NCBI GenBank assembly: GCA_050294405.1
Contig: JBNKOC010000019.1
Coordinates: 29,610 to 93,609, forward strand
DNA: 64,000 nt
Source of the DNA: Fibrobacteria bacterium
Lineage (GTDB): Bacteria > Fibrobacterota > Fibrobacteria > UBA11236 > JADFYW01
Direction: 5' to 3'
Positions 28,453 through 37,530 of the stretch are shown here, in pieces. Within the stretch, counting starts at the first letter, position 1; each line of letters starts with the position of its first letter. The translations under genes were made by a program, and so were the position numbers. Under the pieces are notes generated by a model, which saw nothing but the letters and a program-made list of their open reading frames with translations, was not told the DNA's origin and made no database searches.

Positions 28453-29250
28453 ATGTTATATAAATCGGGTATGTTAGTTGCCATGTTACTGGTTGGTGTT
28501 CTTTCTGCGGAAGAAACGGCCCCTGCGGATACTACCGCTGAAGTTGAAAATATTAAGCCCACTCCTCCCCCTGTTCAGGAAGAAGTTGCTCCTCCGAAAG
28601 CCAATTTGGATTCCAAAAAAGTGAAAATTATGGAAGACAAAATCAATTATATGGAATCTCACAAATTAAAGGAACTGGAAGCCCGAATTCACAATTTGGA
28701 AAAGCCCAAGAAGAAACCCACTTCTCAAAAAGATTTGACCCCTTTGGCAAAAGGCAACAAAACTTATTGGGGCATTGGTCAAGGTGTGGGAATTGCCACA
28801 GGCTCGGTGCACCACAACGCCAGTATTGGTGTGGAAGTACATCTGTTCAAGGTGATGTTGCCTCAATTTGAAAGACCCATGACCCACCCCGGAGCTTTGG
28901 GCATTGCCGTGGGAGTGGACAGCTGGTTTAACACAGGAATTGGAGACAATGAGAACTTTGGATACTCTCCTTACTTAAAAATTACAGGAAACTCTCTGGT
29001 TTTTGAAAATTACATAAGGGTTTATGGCTCTTTAGAACCAGTGCTGGTATTCGGTTACGCCACTTCCAATCAAGATACCGAGGATTTTCACTTTGGTTTC
29101 CGTGGGCTTTTTGGAGCCGAATTTTTCGCTTCCAAAAATTACAACTTCTTTGCAGAGGTGGGAGTTATGAAAACCAATAGTGTGGACGGCACCACCGAAG
29201 ATACGGGCCTCACTCCGGTAATTAAAGCAGGTCCTCGTTTCTGGTTTTAA
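28453..29250 (+). CDS. Outer-membrane beta-barrel with N-terminal Pro-rich and coiled-coil region
   Basis: Signal peptide, GGAGG RBS, amphipathic strands, C-terminus AGPRFWF. Confidence 0.7.
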   Translation: MLYKSGMLVAMLLVGVLSAEETAPADTTAEVENIKPTPPPVQEEVAPPKANLDSKKVKIMEDKINYMESHKLKELEARIHNLEKPKKKPTSQKDLTPLAKGNKTYWGIGQGVGIATGSVHHNASIGVEVHLFKVMLPQFERPMTHPGALGIAVGVDSWFNTGIGDNENFGYSPYLKITGNSLVFENYIRVYGSLEPVLVFGYATSNQDTEDFHFGFRGLFGAEFFASKNYNFFAEVGVMKTNSVDGTTEDTGLTPVIKAGPRFWF

Positions 29251-29377
29251 AAAATAAATAGAATTTGTGACGGTTATTTTGAGGATGAGTGCAACGCCCC
29301 GCCTTTGGGCCCCGAACCGCTTTAGCGGGATGGGGAACTAGGAACTATTAAGTTGTGAGGGAAATGCAGGAGGTCCT

Positions 29378-29776
29378 TTAAGCGATTTGCTTATACACAA
29401 TGCTGTCTCTCTGAGGCGGCATTATTTTTTTCAAGTAATCCAAAATTTTTTTAAAACCATAGGGCTCATCGGGAATCCAGTTGTCCGTTTGATGCTGCAC
29501 ACAATTCCATTTGGAAGTTTTGTTTGTGGACAAAGCTGGCCCTGTGAGAATAATGTAAGAATTGGGACTTTCCTCTTTAAAGGCCACCAGGTTATCTAAA
29601 GTTTCATTTAGAGATAAGTCCAGTTCAGCAATTATAACTGGATATTGAAAGCTTCTGAGTTTGACAAAGGCATCGTGAGCGGTAAAAGCGTGTTCCACTT
29701 CAAAACCCTCTCGCTGTAGCAACCCCGCATAAAAGGAGGCCGAATTTAATTTTCCATCATAAATTAAAATTTTCAT
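29378..29776 (-). CDS. Atypical stand-alone receiver-domain protein
   Basis: MKILIYDG...EGFEVEHA...YPVIIAELDL...IILTG; Glu at the phosphoacceptor position. Confidence 0.65.
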   Translation of the reverse strand: MKILIYDGKLNSASFYAGLLQREGFEVEHAFTAHDAFVKLRSFQYPVIIAELDLSLNETLDNLVAFKEESPNSYIILTGPALSTNKTSKWNCVQHQTDNWIPDEPYGFKKILDYLKKIMPPQRDSIVYKQIA

Positions 29777-29901
29777 AATATCCCACTTGGCACTTATTCT
29801 TCATATCGACCCATGGAAGATTAATCTTTACCTTTTTTTCTGATGGCAGAGGATTCCCCTATTTTGGCTTTAATTTGGTATAATATTGTGTTCAGGTAAT
29901 T

Positions 29902-30486
29902 ATGGTAAAAAACAAAAAAGCTAAATTTTCTCTCATATTCGTTAGTATTCTCGTTTTAATTGGCGCAGCCAAAGGGGAAACCGTAATTGTGCCTGAGGAT
30001 AGCACGAAAACGGAAATTCATTCCATTATGACGCTTCGGGTGTCCCTACTTTCCGCATTGCAAAAATACAGCATGATAAGCGGCTCCCTAACCGCCTTAA
30101 AGCCTTTTGAATTTGGAGCCGGAGTTTTTAATGACAACCTCAATGGCTATTTTGCCAATGCGGGATACGTTCTACCCTGGAGCGGAGATAACTATGCCAG
30201 CAGCCAGGGAATGCTTCGCGAAGTGTTTGTGGTTTTAGGTTATCGCTGGGAAGAACCTCGCCGCGGCACTTCTTTTGGAGAACGATTTGCCGATGAAAAT
30301 GGAAAAATTCCTAATGTAATCCACTCACTAACAGCCGAGTTGGGTTTAGACGCCACAGAATGGCTCACTTTAAAATTTGGAGCCGCCCTTCGAATATCTC
30401 TGGGAGTTCAGTATTTAATTAATAAATGGTCTGGTTCCCCGGATATAGCTCCTTTGCTCGATCTTTCCTTAGGAGTAGCCCTTTAA
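29902..30486 (+). CDS. Hypothetical secreted / outer-membrane protein
   Basis: Signal peptide; alternating hydrophobic strands ending LSLGVAL. Confidence 0.55.
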   Translation: MVKNKKAKFSLIFVSILVLIGAAKGETVIVPEDSTKTEIHSIMTLRVSLLSALQKYSMISGSLTALKPFEFGAGVFNDNLNGYFANAGYVLPWSGDNYASSQGMLREVFVVLGYRWEEPRRGTSFGERFADENGKIPNVIHSLTAELGLDATEWLTLKFGAALRISLGVQYLINKWSGSPDIAPLLDLSLGVAL

Positions 30487-31100
30487 TTCTGGCTTTCCAG
30501 AGCAAAAGAATCTCCAAAGGCCGTTCGATTTCGGGGATGGACAGTAAAACCATAGATTTTTTCCGTTCCCCTGAAGTTCCAAACTATTTTCAATTCAATA
30601 AGCGATACCAATTTACATTCATTAACATCCAGCTTTCCGTTTCCATTCAAATCCATTTCGTCAAATTCCAGAAGGTAATCCCCATCTTTTTCATAATAGT
30701 TGAGCAGGGAGTTTTTATTTCCCTCAGAAAAAAAATCCACAGGCTCGGCCAAGGGAGTATATGGCCTGATGTTTATTTGGGCAATTGAAAACAGAAGGCT
30801 ATCCTCATTGATGCGCAATATGCTGTCTTCCAGAAACAGTCTTTTTCTAATTCCGCTTTGATTTTCCCAGCTTATACTGTTTTCTTCCATTTCATATATG
30901 CCTTTTCCAACAATAAGGGATTGGCTTAGGCCTTCTAAAAAACGGGAAATATTAAATTGTTCCTGTTTTTTGGCCTGCCTGTGAAACATGGAGCTTTGGG
31001 AAGATAAAAACATCTGGTAAGCCAGGGCCATAACAATTCCCGATAGAGCCAAAGCTACCATTAACTCGATTACTGTAAAGCCATTTTTCTTTAATACCAT
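30483..31100 (-). CDS. Minor pseudopilin GspJ/PilW-like with EF-hand-like loops
   Basis: Prepilin motif NG|FTVIELMVAL; DLNGNGKLDVNE. Confidence 0.8.
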   Translation of the reverse strand: MVLKKNGFTVIELMVALALSGIVMALAYQMFLSSQSSMFHRQAKKQEQFNISRFLEGLSQSLIVGKGIYEMEENSISWENQSGIRKRLFLEDSILRINEDSLLFSIAQINIRPYTPLAEPVDFFSEGNKNSLLNYYEKDGDYLLEFDEMDLNGNGKLDVNECKLVSLIELKIVWNFRGTEKIYGFTVHPRNRTAFGDSFALESQN

Positions 31101-31546
31101 TGGTAACCGGGCTTTTTAAGAATTAATTGTGCTAATGGCTGAGGGTCTGTTTTTTCTAGCCTATCTTCCATAGGTTCCCATACCTGAATACGAATTTCTA
31201 TGGGAAAATGTTTTAAAGAATTTTCGGAAAGGGGATTGAGCCCACCCCAATTCTCATTAAAAACAGAGTCCGCCCTGGCTACTTGCCGCCTGACTTCAAA
31301 TGGCCCCTGGCTTTCACTTTCCCATTGATAGATGCTATCGCCAATAGTTTCGGGGGAAAGGACTCTGGCCCGTTCCATTTCTGAAAAGGCCAATTGCACC
31401 GCCGCCTGCCTTTTAAGTTCTGTAAAATCGTTGCGGGTCAACTCCCGAAGCCCATACCAATACCCCCCCATTCCAATACTTAATACTAACAAAGCCACCA
31501 GCACTTCGATAATACTCACACCTTTTTGAAAATGAATTTTTTTCAT
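31091..31546 (-). CDS. Minor pseudopilin GspI/PilV-like
   Basis: QKG|VSIIEVLVALLVL; ATG 31546 coupled to the upstream TAA. Confidence 0.8.
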   Translation of the reverse strand: MKKIHFQKGVSIIEVLVALLVLSIGMGGYWYGLRELTRNDFTELKRQAAVQLAFSEMERARVLSPETIGDSIYQWESESQGPFEVRRQVARADSVFNENWGGLNPLSENSLKHFPIEIRIQVWEPMEDRLEKTDPQPLAQLILKKPGYQWY

Positions 31547-33000
31547 TATTCCATTTTCCAGCTGATGATTTTGTATTGAAAGGATTCCATATCCCCCCCA
31601 CCAAAAGCCATGGGGAGGGCTATTTCCTGAGTTAATTGAAAACGGGATATTTTTCCGTCTCCCAGGCAATTTTCTTTTTCGTTCTCGCTACATCGTAGTT
31701 GGGAGGTTATAACTAACCCATGCAGTTCTCCGGCTATTTCCATTTGTCCATTTGATAAGAAATAGCCTTCATTAATAGCCTCACTGTTGTTCAGTTCTAT
31801 TTTCCCATGGTTTCCTGCAGCTATCACCAGTCCCCTTAGAACAACTTCTTCTTTGGCATATATGCCAAATTCATTGGGAAGCTTAACTTCTCCTGGCACC
31901 TTCTCCCCCAGCTTATTTAAGCCCGTTTCTTTTCCGCTGCTTATGATAACCGCTTCCATTGTGGAATTGGCTTCTTCTTCAAAATAGATACTCTTCTCAG
32001 AAAATAGCGTCCCTGCGATATGGCTTTTTCCGGCAATATACATATTGCCTTCCGAATATATAGTCCCTTCTATTAATTGGAGTTCATCATTTGCCTGGAC
32101 AGTTCTTCCAGCCACAACATTTAATCCCTTTATGCGAACGCAGCCTTTTATATATACATCGCCATTTGCAAAAATACTGCCTTCCGCTTCAATTTCCCAA
32201 CAATCCGATTGGTAATTTTCAAAACTAACATCACCAAGGGGAAAAGATATGCTTTCCTTATTTTCAAATGCGGGAGGATTAGAGGGCGAAAAATAACCAT
32301 TGCCAATTTCCCCATGTTCTGAACTTAATTGCACTTGAAGCTCATTGTGATAGTATTGGTTTAAATTGGAAACAAATTCCCCGGTGAGCGAAGCCAGACT
32401 CCATTTGCTGTCCAATTTACGAAAGTTCATTATTCCCACGGCTGGTGGAACCTTGGTATATATATTTCCTTCCACCTGGTCTGGAAACAAATCCATTAGA
32501 GCTTCCTGCCCGGTTAAAATTAGGGCTGCCCTCAACAAACTGTCTGAAAGGGTTTTCCCAAACACCGCTTCAATATTTGCAGACTCAGATTTAAATTTTC
32601 CTTTGGAATGGATGGTGAGAAAATTCTCGTCTTCTTCTATTTCAATTTCAGCGATATCCAATTCAGGATTGAGTATAAATGGATAGGCTTTTATTTCAAC
32701 AGAAGAGCTATCCTCCTCGCCCAATTCCAATATATCAGACTCTGAACTTTGGGAACTGTCTCCATATTTATATTGGTATAGAGCATCTGCAATTCCCGAC
32801 TCTGCAATATACATGGCCGATTTTTTATGCAAATCCTTAAAACCGTATTTTTGAGATTGAACGCTGAATTGGAAAGCTATTAATATTCCAATGGCACTTA
32901 CAGTAATTACTCCCAAAACAGGAACCAGGGCCGACCCTCGTTGGGATTTGCTAAAGGAAGAAATCCTAATCTTCACCCAATTCAACTTTAAAGCTACCAT
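31546..33000 (-). CDS. GspK/PilX-like minor pilin (start may be GTG 32976)
   Basis: QRG|SALVPVL without Glu5; AMYIAESGI; C-terminal Gly-rich beta-helix-like repeats; ends SWKME. Confidence 0.75.
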   Translation of the reverse strand: MVALKLNWVKIRISSFSKSQRGSALVPVLGVITVSAIGILIAFQFSVQSQKYGFKDLHKKSAMYIAESGIADALYQYKYGDSSQSSESDILELGEEDSSSVEIKAYPFILNPELDIAEIEIEEDENFLTIHSKGKFKSESANIEAVFGKTLSDSLLRAALILTGQEALMDLFPDQVEGNIYTKVPPAVGIMNFRKLDSKWSLASLTGEFVSNLNQYYHNELQVQLSSEHGEIGNGYFSPSNPPAFENKESISFPLGDVSFENYQSDCWEIEAEGSIFANGDVYIKGCVRIKGLNVVAGRTVQANDELQLIEGTIYSEGNMYIAGKSHIAGTLFSEKSIYFEEEANSTMEAVIISSGKETGLNKLGEKVPGEVKLPNEFGIYAKEEVVLRGLVIAAGNHGKIELNNSEAINEGYFLSNGQMEIAGELHGLVITSQLRCSENEKENCLGDGKISRFQLTQEIALPMAFGGGDMESFQYKIISWKME

Positions 33001-33427
33001 ATTTATCCTGAAGAAGGATAAAAGAATCCCCCATTTTTATCAGCTTAACAGAGTCAAATTTTTCTCCCAGCTCCGCAACAACGGTTTGCCCGTTCGGTAG
33101 CTCAATTATGGCGCTTTTGGCTCCACTGATTCCCTTCAGCCTGAAGATGCCCCTGTTAATAGGCGTAGGATTTTTTTGGGCTGCCCCTTTATCCTTCCCT
33201 GAATTAATTTTCGCAGTACGAAAAGGATTTATTTCCTCAAATGATTTATTGGAAAAACTTTGTATGCTATCGGCATTTGCTTTAATATTTTCCAGGGAAT
33301 CGGGAATTTCAAAAAAATGGTTCTGCCCCGAAGTAACGCTATCGCCATCAGTGATCGAAGGCATGTTATAGATATAAAGAGCCAGGCAAATAAATAACAG
33401 GAACAATAAGGGTCCCAGGTTTTTCAT
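32966..33427 (-). CDS. GspC/PilP-like assembly protein
   Basis: TM, NPF motif, FRLKGI...SAII...GEKF..VKLIK. Confidence 0.62.
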   Translation of the reverse strand: MKNLGPLLFLLFICLALYIYNMPSITDGDSVTSGQNHFFEIPDSLENIKANADSIQSFSNKSFEEINPFRTAKINSGKDKGAAQKNPTPINRGIFRLKGISGAKSAIIELPNGQTVVAELGEKFDSVKLIKMGDSFILLQDKYGSFKVELGED

Positions 33428-33963
33428 GAGCCAGCCTTAGTGAAAGGTTCTATAAACGCTATAGCCGTTAAAGAAAAATGCAGTAGGTCTTTTTGTTTGC
33501 GAATGTTAATTCCCGACAATTTCATAAAAGAAAATTCATTTTCAAGTTTTACCAAAATGTTTAATAAGCTTTCATAATCACTTTCTCCCGAAAGTTGGAA
33601 TTGAAGCCTTTGCAGGCGGCCCATAGCTTCAAGATTAAAGTTAAATTTTTTAAGCTCAGCGCCCTCATCCAATAACATTTGACGGAAGGATTGGGACAGG
33701 GAATCCTCCCCCACATTGCGAATGATGTTTTTTACTATTAATCCATTAATGTTTTCTAATTGCAGGGCGTTTTTATGTTGCGCAAGCTGAATAGAGTCTA
33801 AAAGTCTTTCACTATAGGGCATAGACTCTTTGCGACTTATTTCCAGAAAAAGCGTCTGGTTATGGGCTTTTAAAGGCCTTAATACTAAAGCCACGTAGAA
33901 AAATATGATGATAGCGGGAACCACCCAAACCCATAATTTTATATTGGCCATCATTACATTCAA
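33424..33963 (-). CDS. GspM/PilO-like protein
   Basis: TM, coiled coil, ferredoxin-like C-terminus (GESDYESLLNILVKLEN); operon position. Confidence 0.62.
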   Translation of the reverse strand: MNVMMANIKLWVWVVPAIIIFFYVALVLRPLKAHNQTLFLEISRKESMPYSERLLDSIQLAQHKNALQLENINGLIVKNIIRNVGEDSLSQSFRQMLLDEGAELKKFNFNLEAMGRLQRLQFQLSGESDYESLLNILVKLENEFSFMKLSGINIRKQKDLLHFSLTAIAFIEPFTKAGS

Positions 33964-33965
33964 TC

Positions 33966-35276
33966 CTAAAGAAGATAGCCTTTCAGCGTCCCTCGCGCAT
34001 TAAATTGAACCCTGTTTCGTTTTTCTATTTTTTTTTGATCCGATATGGATACATCCATCACCCAGGGGGATTTTTCCAACAAAGCTTTAAAATCGGCCAC
34101 AGAGTTCCAGTCTTTGACCTCAGCCTCAAAATGGAATTCCATTTTAAAGTTTTCTTTCTTTTTTAAAATTATCCCGGAGATTTCACCATCTAAAGGTAAG
34201 GATAACCCCAGTTGCTTAAAAAAGTGGCTCGTAGGGAAACTTTCCATAGCTATGCCACTATATGTATCTAGCAACCTTGCCTTCTTTTTATTTTCCTTTG
34301 AGATTGCTTCGATTTGAGATAACCTGGTTTTAAATGCTTCGCCTATTTCATTGAGCTTAGCGAGTTTTTTCTCCTGGCTAATTTGAGAGTAGATGGGCCA
34401 AAGGGTAAGAAGCCCGCAGGCTAGCAAAGCATAAATAATGGAATTGCGAAGTACAGGTTTGTATTCTTTGCCATCTAATATTTCTTTTTGAGCGCTATCC
34501 ACAATATTGTGCGGCCGTATGCCTTCCCGATTACAGGAAACCAAGGCATAGTGGAGTTCTTTTTTAAGATCAAAGTCCAAGCTCAAAATAGGCTCAGCAA
34601 TACCATTAACATATTCCGATATTTTTGTTCTATCTTCATTTTCTTCCCCGACAAACAATACCGGAATTTTGGACTTGTCCGCAATATTGTTTTTCCCATA
34701 TTTGTAATGACGCGACAACCGCTCTTTTAGCTTTAGAGATCCAGAATTTAACTTCAGCAGGTGAAAAGGAGCATTGGACAACATAAGCATAGAATAAATG
34801 TCCTCGCCCTTTTGAAAAAGCAGCCACAAATGGCTTAGATTTTTTAATTCAAGTATTCTGTTTGCCAATTGAACCAATATTATTTCCCAGGGAAAAACAT
34901 TTGGCCAAGTTGGAGTTTTAATTTCTTTTTGCCAATAGCTAATTAAAATGCGATGTTTAGTTCCCTGTGAGGTGTTCTCTCTAAAATATTCGCTCCAGCG
35001 ATAGCTTTCCAGTTCTCTATAACTGTCCGCTAAAATTAACTGTAGTTCAGAATCTATTGCCTCCTGGGAAATTTCTGTTTCGTAAGGCACGGTTACATCA
35101 ATATGCAAAAAGGGAATATCTGAAATGGGACAAATTTTTTGAGGAGGAATCAATCCCCATTTTGGGGACGGATTTTTACTTTTGCTTTCAACAAATTTGA
35201 GCTTATCAAAACCTGTACCCAGGGAGTTAAAGTTTCCCCAATTGTCGATACGGCTAAAATAATATTGGGGAATCAT
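33966..35276 (-). CDS. GspL-like (PilM-PilN fusion-type) protein
   Basis: Cytoplasmic N-domain, single TM, PilN-like C-domain (FKALLEKSPWVMDV); operon position. Confidence 0.6.
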   Translation of the reverse strand: MIPQYYFSRIDNWGNFNSLGTGFDKLKFVESKSKNPSPKWGLIPPQKICPISDIPFLHIDVTVPYETEISQEAIDSELQLILADSYRELESYRWSEYFRENTSQGTKHRILISYWQKEIKTPTWPNVFPWEIILVQLANRILELKNLSHLWLLFQKGEDIYSMLMLSNAPFHLLKLNSGSLKLKERLSRHYKYGKNNIADKSKIPVLFVGEENEDRTKISEYVNGIAEPILSLDFDLKKELHYALVSCNREGIRPHNIVDSAQKEILDGKEYKPVLRNSIIYALLACGLLTLWPIYSQISQEKKLAKLNEIGEAFKTRLSQIEAISKENKKKARLLDTYSGIAMESFPTSHFFKQLGLSLPLDGEISGIILKKKENFKMEFHFEAEVKDWNSVADFKALLEKSPWVMDVSISDQKKIEKRNRVQFNARGTLKGYLL

Positions 35277-35282
35277 AACAAG

Positions 35283-37529
35283 CTATTTTTTAGGATCCGT
35301 ACTTATTTCTTTTTCTTCGTTTTTCTTTTTCTTGGATGTGCCTAGGAAGTCATTGTCTTTTACAATGCCGCTTCTTTCATCCAGCCCTTCGATTTCCCTC
35401 TCCAAGTCTACCGAAAATTCTTGCGCCTCCAAAATATGGGGAGTAACATAAATAACCAACTCAGAAGTTTGGTTGGTTTTTGTTCTGGCTGAAAAGAAAT
35501 AGCCTAAAATTGGAATTTGTCCCAATATGGGAACAAAATTCCTAATAATGGTTTCTTTACTTTCAATAAGCCCGCCCAAGGCAATGGTTTCCCCATTCAT
35601 TAATCTAACATTTGTATTTATGGCCCTATCCGTAACATCATCAGGCCGGTTTTCTTCTCCGGAAGGGGAAGAGGTTTTAATGGAGGGCTTAATTTCCAGA
35701 TTAACATCTCCATGCTGGGTAACATAAGGAGTCAAATCAATGGTAATGCCATCATCAATGGAACGGTAATCTGTGCTTTGGCTTCCTTCTTTATTAAAAG
35801 ACGAAACGGGGTAATAGGTAGTGCGCCTCACCCTTAAGTGAGCCTTATTTCCGTTTAAAGTGGTAATCTTGGGCATGGATAAAATTTTCCCATTGGTTTT
35901 CTGAAGTTTGCTTCGCAAAGACAGCTCCCAATTTTGGGGTAAAAACCCCAAGGCACCTGTAAAGGGGCCCACACTTAAGTCATATTGAGTGGGATGGGAA
36001 AATTCAAATTCACCTCCAATGCGGGGGTTATTGGGCCCATCCGAACCCACACCCAATCCAAAGTCCGAACTTTTGTTTCTATTGTATTCCACAACCACAA
36101 TTTCCAAAAGGATTTGTGGAATGGGCAAATCAATGGTTTCTAAAAATTCCTTTAACTTGGCAATTTCTTCAAAGGTGCCTGTTAACAATAAGGCGTTTTG
36201 TTCCACCACATCTTTGTATGTGCCTTCCCCTATAGATTTTGGAATTAACTTTACGGCTTCGCTAACCCTAACGTATTTTAAAGGGTAAAGCTCCATAGTA
36301 GCCAATACAGAACCAGAAGTTGTTTTAGGATTTCGTTCACCAATTAAAGCAATACCGTCTTTTATTATGTATGTATAACGCGTGCCCTGCAAAATTATTT
36401 TTAGAGCTTCGAGAAAGGAAATATTCTTAAACTCGGCATCCACCATTCCGTTTATTTCGCCATAAGCAACCATATTAATATCGGCCAGTTGAGTTAGTTC
36501 TCTCACCACATCTTTTAAATTGGCATCCTGCAATGAGGCGGATACCATTCCATCCACTACGTCCAAATCAAGAACCCCACTGCCTTCTCCCCCGCGCATT
36601 CTGCGGCGAAGTCGGTTGGGCGGACCTTGGCTATCGCCATCATTTTCCACCAGGTAAATGCCTCCCTTTTGGCGAAGTCTGTAATTGTTAGCAGCCATAA
36701 TGGCCTTAAAACCTGCCATGGGAAGTTCGTTTTTAACATATCCAGTTACTTTGCCATCCAAATCCTGGTCAGGAACAATACTGATGCCCGTTTTGTCGGT
36801 AAACTCCTTTACAAATTCCTTTACGGGTTTGTTTTCAACACTTATATCAATTCGCTTGGAGTATAAATTCATTTCAGCCATTGCCTTTTCACTGGCCTTT
36901 TTTATGTAAATAACATCTCCCACTTCGTTCATTTCAAGTCCATTAGCCTGGCATATAACTTTAAGGCCATCTTTTACAGGGATATCTTCGAGGTGAATAG
37001 TGATTCTTAAATCGCCTAAATCTGCTTCAGGAACAATATTCATTTTGTACGATTTAGAAATTAGGCGAAACACGTTGCCTATAGGTTCATCCACAACTTC
37101 TATTTTCATATTTTCAGTGGTTGAAGATTTTTTCAAAATATCTTTTTTGGACAAAAGCTTGTTATTGGGGTTTACAGAAGTTCGGGAATGGTTGGGTAGG
37201 GATTTTTTTCTTCTTTCCAAAAAGTTTTTTTCATCCTGAGTTAATCGGGTGCGCCTCCTGCGATACATGTTTTCAGAATTTTCTTCGTTGGGCATGTTTG
37301 GAGGAGGAGGGATATATTCATCTTTTTCAGGGCCATTCTCAGATTCATCGGTATTTTGGGACGGCTGGGTATTTTCCCTTTCTTCTTGCGGCGGTTCAGG
37401 TGGAGTAGGCGGAGTGTTTTTTTCCTCTGCCTGTTCTTCAAAACTTTCACCCACCGAGGGAACCGGATTTTCGGCTTTAAGTGTCTGTAGTCCGGCCAAC
37501 ATTAAAAATATACTGATCAAAAATTTCAT
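35283..37529 (-). CDS. gspD: Secretin (GspD/PilQ-like)
   Basis: Signal peptide from ATG 37529; repeated N0/STN-like domains; IDLPIPQILLE, PKITTLNG, GITIDLTP, GETIALGGL, VPILGQIPILG, ELVIYVTPHI. Confidence 0.88.
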   Translation of the reverse strand: MKFLISIFLMLAGLQTLKAENPVPSVGESFEEQAEEKNTPPTPPEPPQEERENTQPSQNTDESENGPEKDEYIPPPPNMPNEENSENMYRRRRTRLTQDEKNFLERRKKSLPNHSRTSVNPNNKLLSKKDILKKSSTTENMKIEVVDEPIGNVFRLISKSYKMNIVPEADLGDLRITIHLEDIPVKDGLKVICQANGLEMNEVGDVIYIKKASEKAMAEMNLYSKRIDISVENKPVKEFVKEFTDKTGISIVPDQDLDGKVTGYVKNELPMAGFKAIMAANNYRLRQKGGIYLVENDGDSQGPPNRLRRRMRGGEGSGVLDLDVVDGMVSASLQDANLKDVVRELTQLADINMVAYGEINGMVDAEFKNISFLEALKIILQGTRYTYIIKDGIALIGERNPKTTSGSVLATMELYPLKYVRVSEAVKLIPKSIGEGTYKDVVEQNALLLTGTFEEIAKLKEFLETIDLPIPQILLEIVVVEYNRNKSSDFGLGVGSDGPNNPRIGGEFEFSHPTQYDLSVGPFTGALGFLPQNWELSLRSKLQKTNGKILSMPKITTLNGNKAHLRVRRTTYYPVSSFNKEGSQSTDYRSIDDGITIDLTPYVTQHGDVNLEIKPSIKTSSPSGEENRPDDVTDRAINTNVRLMNGETIALGGLIESKETIIRNFVPILGQIPILGYFFSARTKTNQTSELVIYVTPHILEAQEFSVDLEREIEGLDERSGIVKDNDFLGTSKKKKNEEKEISTDPKK

Positions 37530-37530
37530 A

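Noticed and set aside
29286..29360. tRNA or SRP RNA
   Set aside because: No T-loop/acceptor geometry or CCA end, and no SRP GGAA/AGCAG domain IV motif.
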